In this document: positions 42,292 to 50,536 of the stretch, one piece after another
How the letters are laid out: the number at the start of each line of letters is the position of its first letter
Numbering within the stretch: the stretch's first letter is position 1
DNA from: Myxococcales bacterium
Lineage (GTDB): Bacteria > Myxococcota_A > Polyangia > Polyangiales > Houyiibacteriaceae
Reading direction: 5' to 3'
Length of the DNA: 64,000 nt
NCBI GenBank assembly: GCA_020430775.1
Contig: JAGQJE010000206.1
Location: 65,837 to 129,836, forward strand
Program-made: the position numbers and the translations under genes
The notes under the pieces: generated by a model
Databases searched by the model: none
The model's input: the letters and a program-made list of their open reading frames with translations, nothing else
What the model was told of the DNA's origin: nothing

Positions 42292-43656
42292 ATGAGTCAG
42301 TACAAGATCATCCTCGACGAGCGAGAGATCCCCGAGCGCTGGTACAACATCGTCGCGGACATGCCGAACAAGCCGCTGCCGCCGCTCGATCCGGCGACGC
42401 GCGAGCCCATCGGCCCGGAGGCGCTCTCGGCGATTTTTCCGGACGCGCTGATCGAGCAGGAGGTGAGCGAGGCGCGCTGGGTAGACATCCCGGACGAGGT
42501 CCGCGAGCTGTACCGGCGATGGCGCCCGACGCCGCTGTTCCGTGCGCGTGCGCTCGAGCGCGCGCTCGATACGCCGGCGCACATCTACTACAAGTACGAA
42601 GGCGTCAGCCCGGCCGGCTCGCACAAGCCGAACACCGCCGTGCCGCAGGCGTACTACAACAAGCAGGCGGGCATCCGGCGCATCACGACCGAGACGGGCG
42701 CCGGGCAGTGGGGGAGCGCCCTGAGCCTCGCGTGCAAGTGGTTCGACCTCGAGTGCGAGGTCTACATGGTGCGCATCAGCTTCGAGCAGAAGCCCTACCG
42801 CAAGCTGATGATGAACACCTGGGGCGCGACGGTGATCCCCTCGCCGAGCGACCGCACCGAGGCGGGCCGCAAGATCCTCGCCGCCCACCCCGACTCGCCG
42901 GGCAGCCTCGGCATCGCCATCAGCGAGGCGATCGAGTGCGCGGCCACCGACCCACACACCAAGTACGCGCTCGGCAGCGTGCTCAACCACGTGCTCTTGC
43001 ACCAGACCATCATCGGCCAGGAGGCGCTCCTGCAGATGGAGAAGGCCGGCGAGCTGCCCGACGTCGTCATCGCGCCCTTCGGTGGCGGCTCGAACTTCGC
43101 GGGCCTCACCTTCCCGTTCCTGCGCCTGAACCTCACCGAGGGGAAGCGCATCCGCTGCATCGCGAGCGAGTCCACGTCGTGCCCGAAGCTCACCCGCGGC
43201 GTGTTCCGCTACGACTTCGGCGACGGCGTCGGCATGACGCCGCTGCTCCCGATGTACACGCTGGGCCACGACTTCGTGCCCGCGAAGATCCACGCCGGCG
43301 GGCTGCGGTACCATGGCGCCGGCGCGATCGTGAGCCAGCTCCTGAGGGACCGCATCATCGAGGCCGAGGACGTCGATCAGCTCGAGACCTTCGAGGCCGG
43401 CGTCCTCTTCGCGCGGACCGAAGGCATCATCCCCGCGCCCGAGGCGAACCACGGCATCGCCTCCGTCGTCCGCCAGGCCAAGCAGGCGAAGGAGGCCGGC
43501 GACAAGCGCACCATCCTCTTCAACCTCTCCGGCCACGGCCACTTCGACATGGCGGCCTACGAGGCCTACTTCGCGGGCAAGCTCGAGCGCCACATCCTCG
43601 GCGAAGAGGCGATCAAGGCCGCCGTCGCCCAGATCGACACGCCCACCATCCCCTGA
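42292..43656 (+). CDS. TrpB-like PLP-dependent enzyme (TrpB2-type tryptophan synthase beta paralogue)
   Basis: [25 protein letters not shown]...[26 protein letters not shown]...[17 protein letters not shown] Shine-Dalgarno upstream of ATG 42292. Confidence 0.9.
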   Translation: MSQYKIILDEREIPERWYNIVADMPNKPLPPLDPATREPIGPEALSAIFPDALIEQEVSEARWVDIPDEVRELYRRWRPTPLFRARALERALDTPAHIYYKYEGVSPAGSHKPNTAVPQAYYNKQAGIRRITTETGAGQWGSALSLACKWFDLECEVYMVRISFEQKPYRKLMMNTWGATVIPSPSDRTEAGRKILAAHPDSPGSLGIAISEAIECAATDPHTKYALGSVLNHVLLHQTIIGQEALLQMEKAGELPDVVIAPFGGGSNFAGLTFPFLRLNLTEGKRIRCIASESTSCPKLTRGVFRYDFGDGVGMTPLLPMYTLGHDFVPAKIHAGGLRYHGAGAIVSQLLRDRIIEAEDVDQLETFEAGVLFARTEGIIPAPEANHGIASVVRQAKQAKEAGDKRTILFNLSGHGHFDMAAYEAYFAGKLERHILGEEAIKAAVAQIDTPTIP

Positions 43657-43820
43657 CCCGCACCCGCCGCAGGCGCCGCCCCCTCCCGCCGCCCCGTGGG
43701 CAGCGGCTCGGTGAGCGGCGTGCGGAGAGCGCACGGCTAGGGTCAACTCCGCTTCCGCCGGCTCCGGCCTTGCTCCTCGCGTCCCCCTGGGCGTTGGCCG
43801 GAGCGCGGCGGCGTCGACGT

Positions 43821-44183
43821 TTACCGGGAGTAGGCGTTCGCGCGTCGCTCGAGCTTGTCGACCTCTTCCGGCGTGAGGTCTTGCAGGTTGTCGAGCATGT
43901 CGTGGGCCACGCGACGCCCCTCGGCGAAGCCTCGGGCCGCTTCTAGCCTTTGCCGGATCTCGATACGAACCGGCCCGTCGAAGATGGTGATGTAGGATGC
44001 CCGTTGACGTTTCAAGAACTCGTTGAAGCCCTCGGCATACCGCGGTCCGTACTCTTCGCCCTTGCCGGTCCACCGCTCGAAGAGCGTGTCCCAATGGGCC
44101 CGATCGAAGCGCCCTGGTTCGCGCGGAAGGACGGAGTCCCAATCGTCAAGCATCCGATCGTAATCGTCCAATGCAGCGCTCAT
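43821..44183 (-). CDS. hypothetical small protein (120 aa), lower-GC island
   Basis: Complete ORF MSAALDDYDRMLDDWDSVLPREPGRFDRAHWDTLFERW... Its composition is clearly more A/T-rich than the host genes. No family recognised. Confidence 0.6.
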   Translation of the reverse strand: MSAALDDYDRMLDDWDSVLPREPGRFDRAHWDTLFERWTGKGEEYGPRYAEGFNEFLKRQRASYITIFDGPVRIEIRQRLEAARGFAEGRRVAHDMLDNLQDLTPEEVDKLERRANAYSR

Positions 44184-44194
44184 GCACGACCAGG

Positions 44195-44431
44195 TTACCC
44201 GTTGCCTAGAGCCTCCTCAAGCGTGTCGAGTAGCAGTTCAGGGTCTGCGGCCGTCGCCGCTTCCTGTTCGACATATCGCCAAACCTTGACCCATTGACGC
44301 TCCGCGAAGCCCAGCTCTTGCAGCTCATCGCTGAACCCCTCGAGGAACAGATCCTTGATGGCTTCGATGAGATCCTCTCCGCCCTGTTGGTTGAGCCGGG
44401 ACAGTGTCTCGATCGCTCCGGGCGAGCGCAT
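44195..44431 (-). CDS. hypothetical small acidic protein (78 aa)
   Basis: Internal ATG of ORF 44195-44671: MRSPGAIETLSRLNQQGGEDLIEAIKDLFLEGFSDELQELGF... The upstream part of the ORF looks like a shadow. Confidence 0.45.
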   Translation of the reverse strand: MRSPGAIETLSRLNQQGGEDLIEAIKDLFLEGFSDELQELGFAERQWVKVWRYVEQEAATAADPELLLDTLEEALGNG

Positions 44432-44507
44432 CAAAGCGCCGGACGGTGGGGCTGCTCTCGGCCATGCGCGCATGGTCGACGAAACAGCGGCGCGCGTCCC
44501 CTGGGGC

Positions 44508-44702
44508 TCAGCCGGGGTGAAGGAACTCTTCGAAGGTCGCTGGCTCGCCGGGGTGCTCGCGCTTGTACTTCTCGTAGGTTTCCAGGTCGAGACGGTCCAG
44601 GTAGGCGCTCTCTTCCGGCGTCTCGGGTAGGAAGACTTCGTCGTACCCGATGACGCGATCGTCGTCGTCAACGATCGTTCGCAATTCCTTCTTCACGGAC
44701 AC
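44508..44702 (-). CDS. hypothetical small acidic protein (64 aa)
   Basis: GTG start. MSVKKELRTIVDDDDRVIGYDEVFLPETPEESAYLDRLDLETYEKYKREHPG. Lower GC. Confidence 0.5.
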   Translation of the reverse strand: MSVKKELRTIVDDDDRVIGYDEVFLPETPEESAYLDRLDLETYEKYKREHPGEPATFEEFLHPG

Positions 44703-44795
44703 AGCATAGCGCCGCGCCTACTTCATGACCAGGTACTCGCCCTGCGCGCCGTACGGACCATCGATCCAGCCTAGTAGGTCGTGCGCCGCGAGGAT

Positions 44796-44825
44796 GGGTC
44801 TATCCCCGCGTGTGCGGGGGAACCC
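44796..44825 (-). repeat. solitary palindromic element resembling a type I-E CRISPR repeat (not an array)
   Basis: GGGTCTATCCCCGCGTGTGCGGGGGAACCC compares with the E. coli I-E repeat (reverse complement CGGTTTATCCCCGCTGGCGCGGGGAACTC). Shared features are TATCCCCGC, a 4-nt loop, and GCGGGG followed by AAC. Only one copy is present in the window. Confidence 0.25.
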
Positions 44826-44872
44826 ATCGCGCGTGCGGTGCGCGCTATCGCATATCAGGCTCTCCTGCTGCA

Positions 44873-45010
44873 TCAGCGGGTCGGCATGCGAGGAAGCGGT
44901 GGACAGAGGCCACCGAGCTTGAGCATGGCGAGGGCGACGAGGGGCTCGTGCAGCAAGTTGGTGTAGCGCCGGCCGACGCAGCGTGGCGAAGGTGCGGTCG
45001 GCGGTGGCGG
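44873..45010 (-). pseudogene. possible remnant of the 3' end of an IS5-family transposase gene (frameshifted)
   Basis: Two adjacent minus-strand frames read ADRTFATLRR (44973-45002) and RRYTNLLHEPLVALAMLKLGG (ending at stop 44873). This resembles the conserved ...ERxFxxLKxxRRxATRYDKLxxxFLAxxxLA... tail of IS5/IS427-type transposases. No upstream DDE domain is present. Confidence 0.3.
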
Positions 45011-45193
45011 CCTCGGTCGTGCCGGAACGCGACGACGCCGGCTCGGGGGGCCGGGCCGGCGTCGGGTTCCTAGGTGGTTGCGGGGGCCGGATTTGCCCGG
45101 TCGGCATTGTCGTCCCGTTCGCGCTCGACCTGGCCGGATAAGCGTCGGCGAGGCACTACTCATCGGCGGTCTCATCGCGGTCGGCCGCGGTGC

Positions 45194-45523
45194 ATGTCCG
45201 CCGGACCCACGCCGAGACCGGCATACCGGTCTTGCGCCGAGCACGACGTCGACCTCTCTACGCGAGAGGGCTGCCTCGCGCGAGCGCGGCAGAATGACGC
45301 CGAGGAGCAGATCTTCGTGCTCCGCGATTGCTACGGTGCGGAGCGCCGCTTCAACGGCTACCAGATGGCCAACTACGCCCGCTTCGCGCGCCTGCGCCGC
45401 GGTGAGCTCATGGGCGGAGATGCCGGCGCCGCGCTGGTCGATGAGGCCTCCGCCGAGGTGCGCCGCAGCGGCGTCGCGGACCCGGCACGGATGGCCTGCG
45501 CGTTCATGGCGCCCGTGCGGTGA
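45194..45523 (+). CDS. hypothetical protein
   Basis: The distal two thirds has very high G/C third-position bias in this frame (EEQIFVLRDCYGAERRFNGYQMANYARFARLRRGE...). Start uncertain (ATG 45194 or a later GTG). Convergent with the last prophage gene. Confidence 0.4.
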   Translation: MSAGPTPRPAYRSCAEHDVDLSTREGCLARARQNDAEEQIFVLRDCYGAERRFNGYQMANYARFARLRRGELMGGDAGAALVDEASAEVRRSGVADPARMACAFMAPVR

Positions 45524-45567
45524 GGCCGGCGCCCCTCTTCGGGGCCGCGACCGCGCGTCCGCTCCGA

Positions 45568-46032
45568 TTAGCGCCTCTGCGCGTCGCACACGGTGCACCG
45601 ATCGCGGTCCGTCGTGGGCGCGTGGCACGACGCGCAGACCCGCCAGTGCTCGCAGCACACGGTGCACTCGATGCGCTGCGATAGCATCGAGGCGCCGCAG
45701 CGCGGGCACGCGAGCAGCCCGGCGTCGAGGGCGTCCGCGAGGCGCGGCCGTCGGTACGCGGCGAGCAGCGGCGCACGCACGTCGCGGTGCATCGCGAGCT
45801 GCGTGCGTGTGTATGTCCCAGCGCGCTCGAAGGCGCGCTGTAGCCGCCTCAGCTCGCGCGCCCTCGCGGCCGTCGAGTCCCCCGAGACCGGATCGCGGAG
45901 GATCGCGATCAGCTCGCGGATCACGCGCAGCTCGCTCCAGATATCCGCGATCTCCTCGGGCGTCTGCCGCCCGAGGAAGCCGGCGAGCTCGCGCTCGTAA
46001 AACGGCGTCAACGCATTGATCCGTCGGCGCAT
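45568..46032 (-). CDS. Cys-rich (double zinc-ribbon-like) protein, last gene of the prophage late chain
   Basis: 154 aa with a helical N-terminal half. The C-terminus is CPRCGASMLSQRIECTVCCEHWRVCASCHAPTTDRDRCTVC (nine Cys, mostly CxxC-type pairs). No family recognised. Confidence 0.6.
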   Translation of the reverse strand: MRRRINALTPFYERELAGFLGRQTPEEIADIWSELRVIRELIAILRDPVSGDSTAARARELRRLQRAFERAGTYTRTQLAMHRDVRAPLLAAYRRPRLADALDAGLLACPRCGASMLSQRIECTVCCEHWRVCASCHAPTTDRDRCTVCDAQRR

Positions 46033-46033
46033 G

Positions 46034-46867
46034 TCACCCGACCAGGTGACTATCTGAACGGGCAGCGAGCTCGCGCTCGAGCCGCGCCCACCAAAACTGC
46101 CCCTCGGCGCGCGTGTCGTACGGGACGCCTGAGGCGGTCGTGCGCGCGATCGGGTGGGCGTCGCAATGGGTGAGCTGTCGCTCGCGCTCGAGCGCGATCT
46201 CCCGCCGCTCCGCGATGTCGGCGACGAGCGGCGTCAGCGAAGCCCACGTTGCCGGCGACCACGGGGCTCCGCGCTCGATCGGCTCGACGACGTCGATGTG
46301 AACAACGTTCGCGTTGCAGCTTGGCCGGCCGCCAGCGAGCGGGTCCCGGTCCCAGAGGTGCCCGCCGGCGAGATCGGCCGGCGAGCCGTACTCGGGCCAG
46401 CGTTCGCGCCACCAGCGATAGGGTGGGTCGCTGCGGCCGCGGACGACGTCCCAGTCGCGCGCCGCGCGCATGTACGGGCCGGCGCCCTTGCTGCCGACGC
46501 CCCACGCGCAGAGGTCTTCGGAGCAGAGCTGCGTGACGCGGCCGTCCTGCTCGAGCATGTAGTGCGGCCCGGTCGGCCCGCGGACGTAGACCTCGAGCGC
46601 CAGGTCCGCCGGCGAGCGGTGCGCTCGCTCCGCCGCCCCGAGCGCGAGCCATCGATCGATGATGCCGCGACCTGTGCTGTGGATGATGATCGCCTGCGCG
46701 GGGTTGCGACGCGGGGCCAGGCGGCCCGAGCGCTCGCCCCCTCCAACCACTCGCACGATGCCGGGTAGCCGCGCGTCGATCCACGGGTAGCGCATCCCTG
46801 ACGGCGGCTGAGTCTCGCGCGCTAGGAGCGTCGGCGCCGAAGACGCCTCGTCGTGGCGGTCGGTCAT
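46034..46867 (-). CDS. putative peptidoglycan amidase (Amidase_2/PGRP-like) endolysin
   Basis: AIIIHSTGRG..., GPHYMLEQDGRVTQL...CAWGVG, NANVVHIDVV and LTHCDAHP follow the spacing of N-acetylmuramoyl-L-alanine amidase type 2 motifs. Lies within the prophage lysis-like block. Confidence 0.6.
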   Translation of the reverse strand: MTDRHDEASSAPTLLARETQPPSGMRYPWIDARLPGIVRVVGGGERSGRLAPRRNPAQAIIIHSTGRGIIDRWLALGAAERAHRSPADLALEVYVRGPTGPHYMLEQDGRVTQLCSEDLCAWGVGSKGAGPYMRAARDWDVVRGRSDPPYRWWRERWPEYGSPADLAGGHLWDRDPLAGGRPSCNANVVHIDVVEPIERGAPWSPATWASLTPLVADIAERREIALERERQLTHCDAHPIARTTASGVPYDTRAEGQFWWARLERELAARSDSHLVG

Positions 46868-47358
46868 GGCGCGCCGTCGGTATCTGGGTCGATGCTGCCT
46901 CCGTCGTCGGGCGGGTCCGGGAAGCGCTCCCGCGCCGCGGCGTAGGCCGCACGACGCGCAATGGTCGTGCGCAGCTCGGCCGGTAGGATGTCCTCGACGC
47001 GCGGGATCGGCTCGAGCGCGCGACCGGCGCGGATCGCGCCGAGGATCGCGCGCGCGATGGCCGAGCCGACGCCGATCCAGTGCGCGGCCTCGCGCACGCG
47101 CACACCGTGCGCAGAGTCACCGACGACGCTCGCGATGCCTCCGATCGCGCCGATCCAGTCGTCCGCGGCGTCTCTGGCGTCGCCCGTATCCACCTGCGCC
47201 GACGGCGGAGCGCTCACATCGGGCGCGTGCGGCGAGACGTCACCGACGCCCATTGCGCGCGCGAGCGCCGTGGGGTCGAGCTCGGCGAGCTCCGCGCTCG
47301 CCTGCTCGATGGCCGCGACGAGCTGGGCCACGCGCGTGCGATCGTGCGCGTCCGTCAT
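46864..47358 (-). CDS. hypothetical phage protein with Gly-zipper-like amphipathic segments
   Basis: ATG 47358 overlaps the upstream stop (ATGA). DWIGAIGGIASVVG and HWIGVGSAIARAILGAI. Confidence 0.5.
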   Translation of the reverse strand: MTDAHDRTRVAQLVAAIEQASAELAELDPTALARAMGVGDVSPHAPDVSAPPSAQVDTGDARDAADDWIGAIGGIASVVGDSAHGVRVREAAHWIGVGSAIARAILGAIRAGRALEPIPRVEDILPAELRTTIARRAAYAAARERFPDPPDDGGSIDPDTDGAP

Positions 47359-47888
47359 GGCGTCGCCTCCGTCGCGCGCGGCGATGCCGGCACGCCGCAC
47401 AGCCCGCCGACGCTGCGCGCGGCGGAGAGCGCGTCCTCAAGGCCGCCTGGCATCGGCACGCCGGCGGCATGCAGCGCCGCACCGAGCCGCCCGATGGCAG
47501 CGGCGACGCACGGGGCCGCCGAGCGCCACGCCGCATCATCGCGCGAGTGCTCCCACGCGTCGATCGCGGCCTCCGCGCCGAGGAGTGCCTCGTGCGCGGC
47601 ACGGAGCGACGACTCGGCCGCGTCCCACCGGCGCATCCTGTCGGCGTACTCGTCGCGGGTGCGCGCGATCTCGAGCGCCTCGGTGGCGGCGGCCTGGTAT
47701 CGGGCCGCGAGCTCCTGGTCGACCTGGTCGAGACCGGTCGCCATCGATGCGACCGCGGTGCGCGCGGCCCGCGTGGGGACGCCGACGGTGGCGCACCCGA
47801 GCGCCGCGAGCGCGAGCGCGAGCACAAGCGTCGAGGCGGTGGCGACTGCGCCGATGGCGCGAGGCGCGAGCGAGCGGGTCCGCGTCAT
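47355..47888 (-). CDS. phage lipoprotein (helical, 177 aa; spanin-like role possible)
   Basis: Lipobox LALALAALGC. The rest of the protein is predicted helical. The start overlaps the upstream stop by 1 nt. Confidence 0.6.
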   Translation of the reverse strand: MTRTRSLAPRAIGAVATASTLVLALALAALGCATVGVPTRAARTAVASMATGLDQVDQELAARYQAAATEALEIARTRDEYADRMRRWDAAESSLRAAHEALLGAEAAIDAWEHSRDDAAWRSAAPCVAAAIGRLGAALHAAGVPMPGGLEDALSAARSVGGLCGVPASPRATEATP

Positions 47889-48478
47889 CAGACATGCTCC
47901 TCGGGCAGCCCGGCGTCCCGGTAGCGGCCTGCAGTCGCGTCCCTCGGCCGGCCGGTGTCTGCCTCGTGCACCTGCGCTGCGCCGCGCCTGGTCATCGGGG
48001 CGACCGGAGGTGGCGGAGGCGGTGGTTTCCCACCTTTTCCCATGCCCGCGTCCGGCGCCGGCGCCGGTGGCCGGACGCTGTCGGCGATGGCGCGCGAGAC
48101 CTCGCGGCGGATCCCGCCCGGAGCGTCAGGGTGCCCGAGCCTCGCCTCGATCAGCTCGCTAAGCTCGTCCGCGGCGAGCTGCGGCAGGCCTCGGCGCGTC
48201 ATCTGCCGGCGCGCCCAGACGATCGCAGCGCCGAGCTTGTCGTCGCCCGCTGGCGGCTCAGCGCCGGCGGCGACGCGAGCGCGCGCCCACTGGTCCGCTC
48301 GCGCGATCGCCCCGTCGATGATCGCTGCGAGGTCATTTTCCGCTCGCGCGGACAGGTCGAGATCGAGGCGGACCCGCAGCCACCTGATCCCGTAGGCGCC
48401 GACGGCCGACAGGACGGCGGCCAGGATGGTCGCGACTGCGGGGAGCAGTGCGTCAGCGATCTGCATCAGGTAGCTCAT
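47888..48478 (-). CDS. N-terminally anchored phage membrane protein, possibly holin (Holin_LLH-like)
   Basis: N-terminal TM segment ALLPAVATILAAVLSAVGAYGI, then a helical domain, then a Pro-rich tail (KPPPPPPPV). The family call is tentative. Confidence 0.45.
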   Translation of the reverse strand: MSYLMQIADALLPAVATILAAVLSAVGAYGIRWLRVRLDLDLSARAENDLAAIIDGAIARADQWARARVAAGAEPPAGDDKLGAAIVWARRQMTRRGLPQLAADELSELIEARLGHPDAPGGIRREVSRAIADSVRPPAPAPDAGMGKGGKPPPPPPPVAPMTRRGAAQVHEADTGRPRDATAGRYRDAGLPEEHV

Positions 48479-48651
48479 CGGCGGTCACCTCGTCCGTCGC
48501 GGCTGCGCCCCGGCGGCATCTCAGGCAGCGGTCGGCGCGGCTGCGCTGGCGGATCGATGCGGCGGGCGTACGTGCGCGCGAGCAGCCAGCACGCGACCCA
48601 CGGCGCGATCGAGCCCAGGGCGATCGCCGTCCACGCGAGCGCGACCGTCAT
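48475..48651 (-). CDS. small phage membrane protein (58 aa)
   Basis: ATG 48651 overlaps the upstream stop (ATGA) and has a GAGGAG Shine-Dalgarno. One TM segment (MTVALAWTAIALGSIAPWVACWLLA) and a basic Pro/Arg tail. Confidence 0.5.
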   Translation of the reverse strand: MTVALAWTAIALGSIAPWVACWLLARTYARRIDPPAQPRRPLPEMPPGRSRDGRGDRR

Positions 48652-49148
48652 CGACTCCTCCGTCGCGCGCGGCGCTGCAGCGCGTCGATCTGCTGGCGGA
48701 GCTGCGCGATCTCTTTCGCGAGCGCGGAGCGCTCGTCGGCTGCGGCGCGGGCATCGTAACGCGCTCGCACCTCGAAGCGATCCTGCGCGCGGGTCGCTGC
48801 GTCCGCTGTATGCTGGGCGGTCTGCACGTCTGCCGCCACCATCGACATCCACCACGTGAGCCCCGACACGACGAGCCCGCCCGCGAGGAGCGCGACGCCC
48901 CTGCCTGCCGTCCATCCGCCGGTGGCTCCGGCGATGCGATCCTGGTGCTCGCGCACCGTCCCGGAGAGCGCGGCGAGGACCTCGCGGAGGCCTCCGACCG
49001 CCTGCGTCAGCAGGCGCAGCTCGCCCTCCAGTCGGAGCTGCGCGCGCGCCTGTCGCGAGGAGCGCTCCCAGAGGCGATCGACGGCCTCGTCTGTCGACAG
49101 CCGCGGCGGCCGGCCCGTGACTACGGAGTCCGTGCGGCGCGAGCTCAC
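48648..49148 (-). CDS. phage coiled-coil protein with one central TM segment (166 aa)
   Basis: GTG 49148 overlaps the gp48-like stop (GTGA). TM segment GVALLAGGLVVSGLTWWMSMVAA is flanked by heptad-like helices. Confidence 0.5.
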   Translation of the reverse strand: MSSRRTDSVVTGRPPRLSTDEAVDRLWERSSRQARAQLRLEGELRLLTQAVGGLREVLAALSGTVREHQDRIAGATGGWTAGRGVALLAGGLVVSGLTWWMSMVAADVQTAQHTADAATRAQDRFEVRARYDARAAADERSALAKEIAQLRQQIDALQRRARRRSR

Positions 49149-50536
49149 ACGAGCCACTCCGAGCGACGGAAGACGGCGGCCAGATCCTGCCGGTACGCCG
49201 CCGCGCCGCCGCCGCTCTGGTTCGCGTTCGCGGCGAACGCGAGCTCGCCGATGACGACGTTGGGCATCCTGTTGCCGCCGAGGCCAAAGCCTGCGCCGAG
49301 GGTGAGCCACTGTGACCAGTAGTCGTCGGTCACCGTCGTGGGCACCGGCAGCGTCACCGGAGGCGCCCGATCGATGCACAGGTACTCGGTGCCGCCCCCG
49401 GTCCACCACTCGAGCAGGCACCACCGATCGCGGGGCGGCGGCCCGAGGTCCGCGGTCGGCGCGGTCGGTACCGCAGCGCGCGTCCCAGCATCGCGAGCGA
49501 TGAGGTGTCCCGACGCGCTGACCTCGATCGCGAGCGGTGACTCCGTATAAGACGCATTGACGTAGTTCCAGACCAAGCGTCTACCAGGATTGTACGGCTC
49601 GCGGAACCGCAACACAAGCGCGATATACCAACTCGGCGAAACATGAGGTCCGAGTAGGTGCGCTGCGTCCATATATGGACCCGGGTACTTTCCCGATTCT
49701 TCGCTCCTTATCCCATACACGCCCGGCACAGGCGCGGTGCCGTAATGTGATTGATTGTAGAGGTCCGCGCCGGGTCGACCGTCGATCGTGATCGGCGTCG
49801 CAAGGTAGTCGGAGCCAGGCGAGGAGAAGTATCCGATGACGCCCGCGCGCTTCGGCCACGCCAGGATGCCAGTGCCGTAGCTGTCGAGCACGATGTCCTC
49901 CGCCACGCCCCAGAACGACAGCCCAGTGAGCGGATTGGTCCGCGTCTCGGGGTCTGGAGGCGGAGGGAGCGAGGGCGGGCCGCTGCTGAGATCCGGCGCG
50001 TAGAGCAGGTGTCCGTGGGCGCGCCGCAGGCGCTCGAGGGCGCGCCGCAGCGGTGCGGGCGGCGGGTAGGGCTCTTGGTCGCTGTAGTGGACGAGCAGCG
50101 TGTGCATCCACTCGTCGCCGTAGAGCGCGTCGCCCACCGCAGAGCGTCCGACCTCGAAGGGCTGGTGGTGCTCGAGCTCGATCGCGTGCCCGAGGGCGTC
50201 GGCGGCCGCGATGAACGCTGCCTCGGTGCCGGTGCCGAGGCCGTGCAGTCGCGACACCGCGAGCGCCTGGCGCGCTGCGAGGGTCGCGGGGCGGGAGTCT
50301 TCCGGGCGAAGCAGCCCTCGCTCCCACAGCGGCATGGTGACGTCCGCGGTGCCCGGGAACGCCTCGCGCGGGAGCTGGTCGCCGGCCTCGTGAATGCGCG
50401 CGAGCTCAACCGAGAGCGCCTCTGACAGCCGCCGAATGCCGCTGCCCGCCGCGCGCGTGAGCGCACGCCCTGGCGGGAAGAGCGACAGGAGCGCGTCCGC
50501 GTAGCGCGCGATGAGCGTCTCGTCTGGGTCGCTCAC
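49145..50536 (-). CDS. Mu gp48-like baseplate protein (DUF2313/YmfQ-like N-terminal domain) fused to an about 270-aa C-terminal domain of unknown fold
   Basis: The N-terminus ETLIARYADALLSLFPPGRALTRAAGSGIRRLSEALSVELARIHEAGDQLPREAFPGTADVTMPLWERGL fits the DUF2313 pattern. GTG 50536 overlaps the upstream stop (GTGA). Typical gp48 proteins are about 190 aa. Confidence 0.7.
   Translation of the reverse strand: MSDPDETLIARYADALLSLFPPGRALTRAAGSGIRRLSEALSVELARIHEAGDQLPREAFPGTADVTMPLWERGLLRPEDSRPATLAARQALAVSRLHGLGTGTEAAFIAAADALGHAIELEHHQPFEVGRSAVGDALYGDEWMHTLLVHYSDQEPYPPPAPLRRALERLRRAHGHLLYAPDLSSGPPSLPPPPDPETRTNPLTGLSFWGVAEDIVLDSYGTGILAWPKRAGVIGYFSSPGSDYLATPITIDGRPGADLYNQSHYGTAPVPGVYGIRSEESGKYPGPYMDAAHLLGPHVSPSWYIALVLRFREPYNPGRRLVWNYVNASYTESPLAIEVSASGHLIARDAGTRAAVPTAPTADLGPPPRDRWCLLEWWTGGGTEYLCIDRAPPVTLPVPTTVTDDYWSQWLTLGAGFGLGGNRMPNVVIGELAFAANANQSGGGAAAYRQDLAAVFRRSEWLV

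Noticed and set aside
41566-44142. 858-aa minus-strand ORF, plus the 990-aa plus-strand ORF 40974-43946
   Set aside because: They overlap the confidently identified epimerase, yaeQ and trpB2 genes in other frames or on the other strand, with low-complexity Arg/Gly/Ala translations.
44700-45100. Possible CRISPR array around the I-E-like repeat
   Set aside because: Only one repeat copy is present. Candidate positions at about 61 nt or about 70 nt spacing show only chance-level similarity. No cas genes are in the window. It is reported as a solitary repeat instead.
44718-45107. 129-aa minus-strand ORF as a genuine gene
   Set aside because: The N-terminal two thirds is Pro/Arg/Ala-rich and overlaps the IS-like fragment in another frame. 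Only the last 51 codons look coding-like. It was treated as a decayed fragment within the junction island.
46961-48859. 632-aa and 352-360-aa plus-strand ORFs across the prophage lysis region
   Set aside because: They are antisense to a chain of minus-strand genes that have start/stop coupling, Shine-Dalgarno sites and sensible TM or lipobox features. Their translations are Arg/Ala/Pro/Ser-rich.
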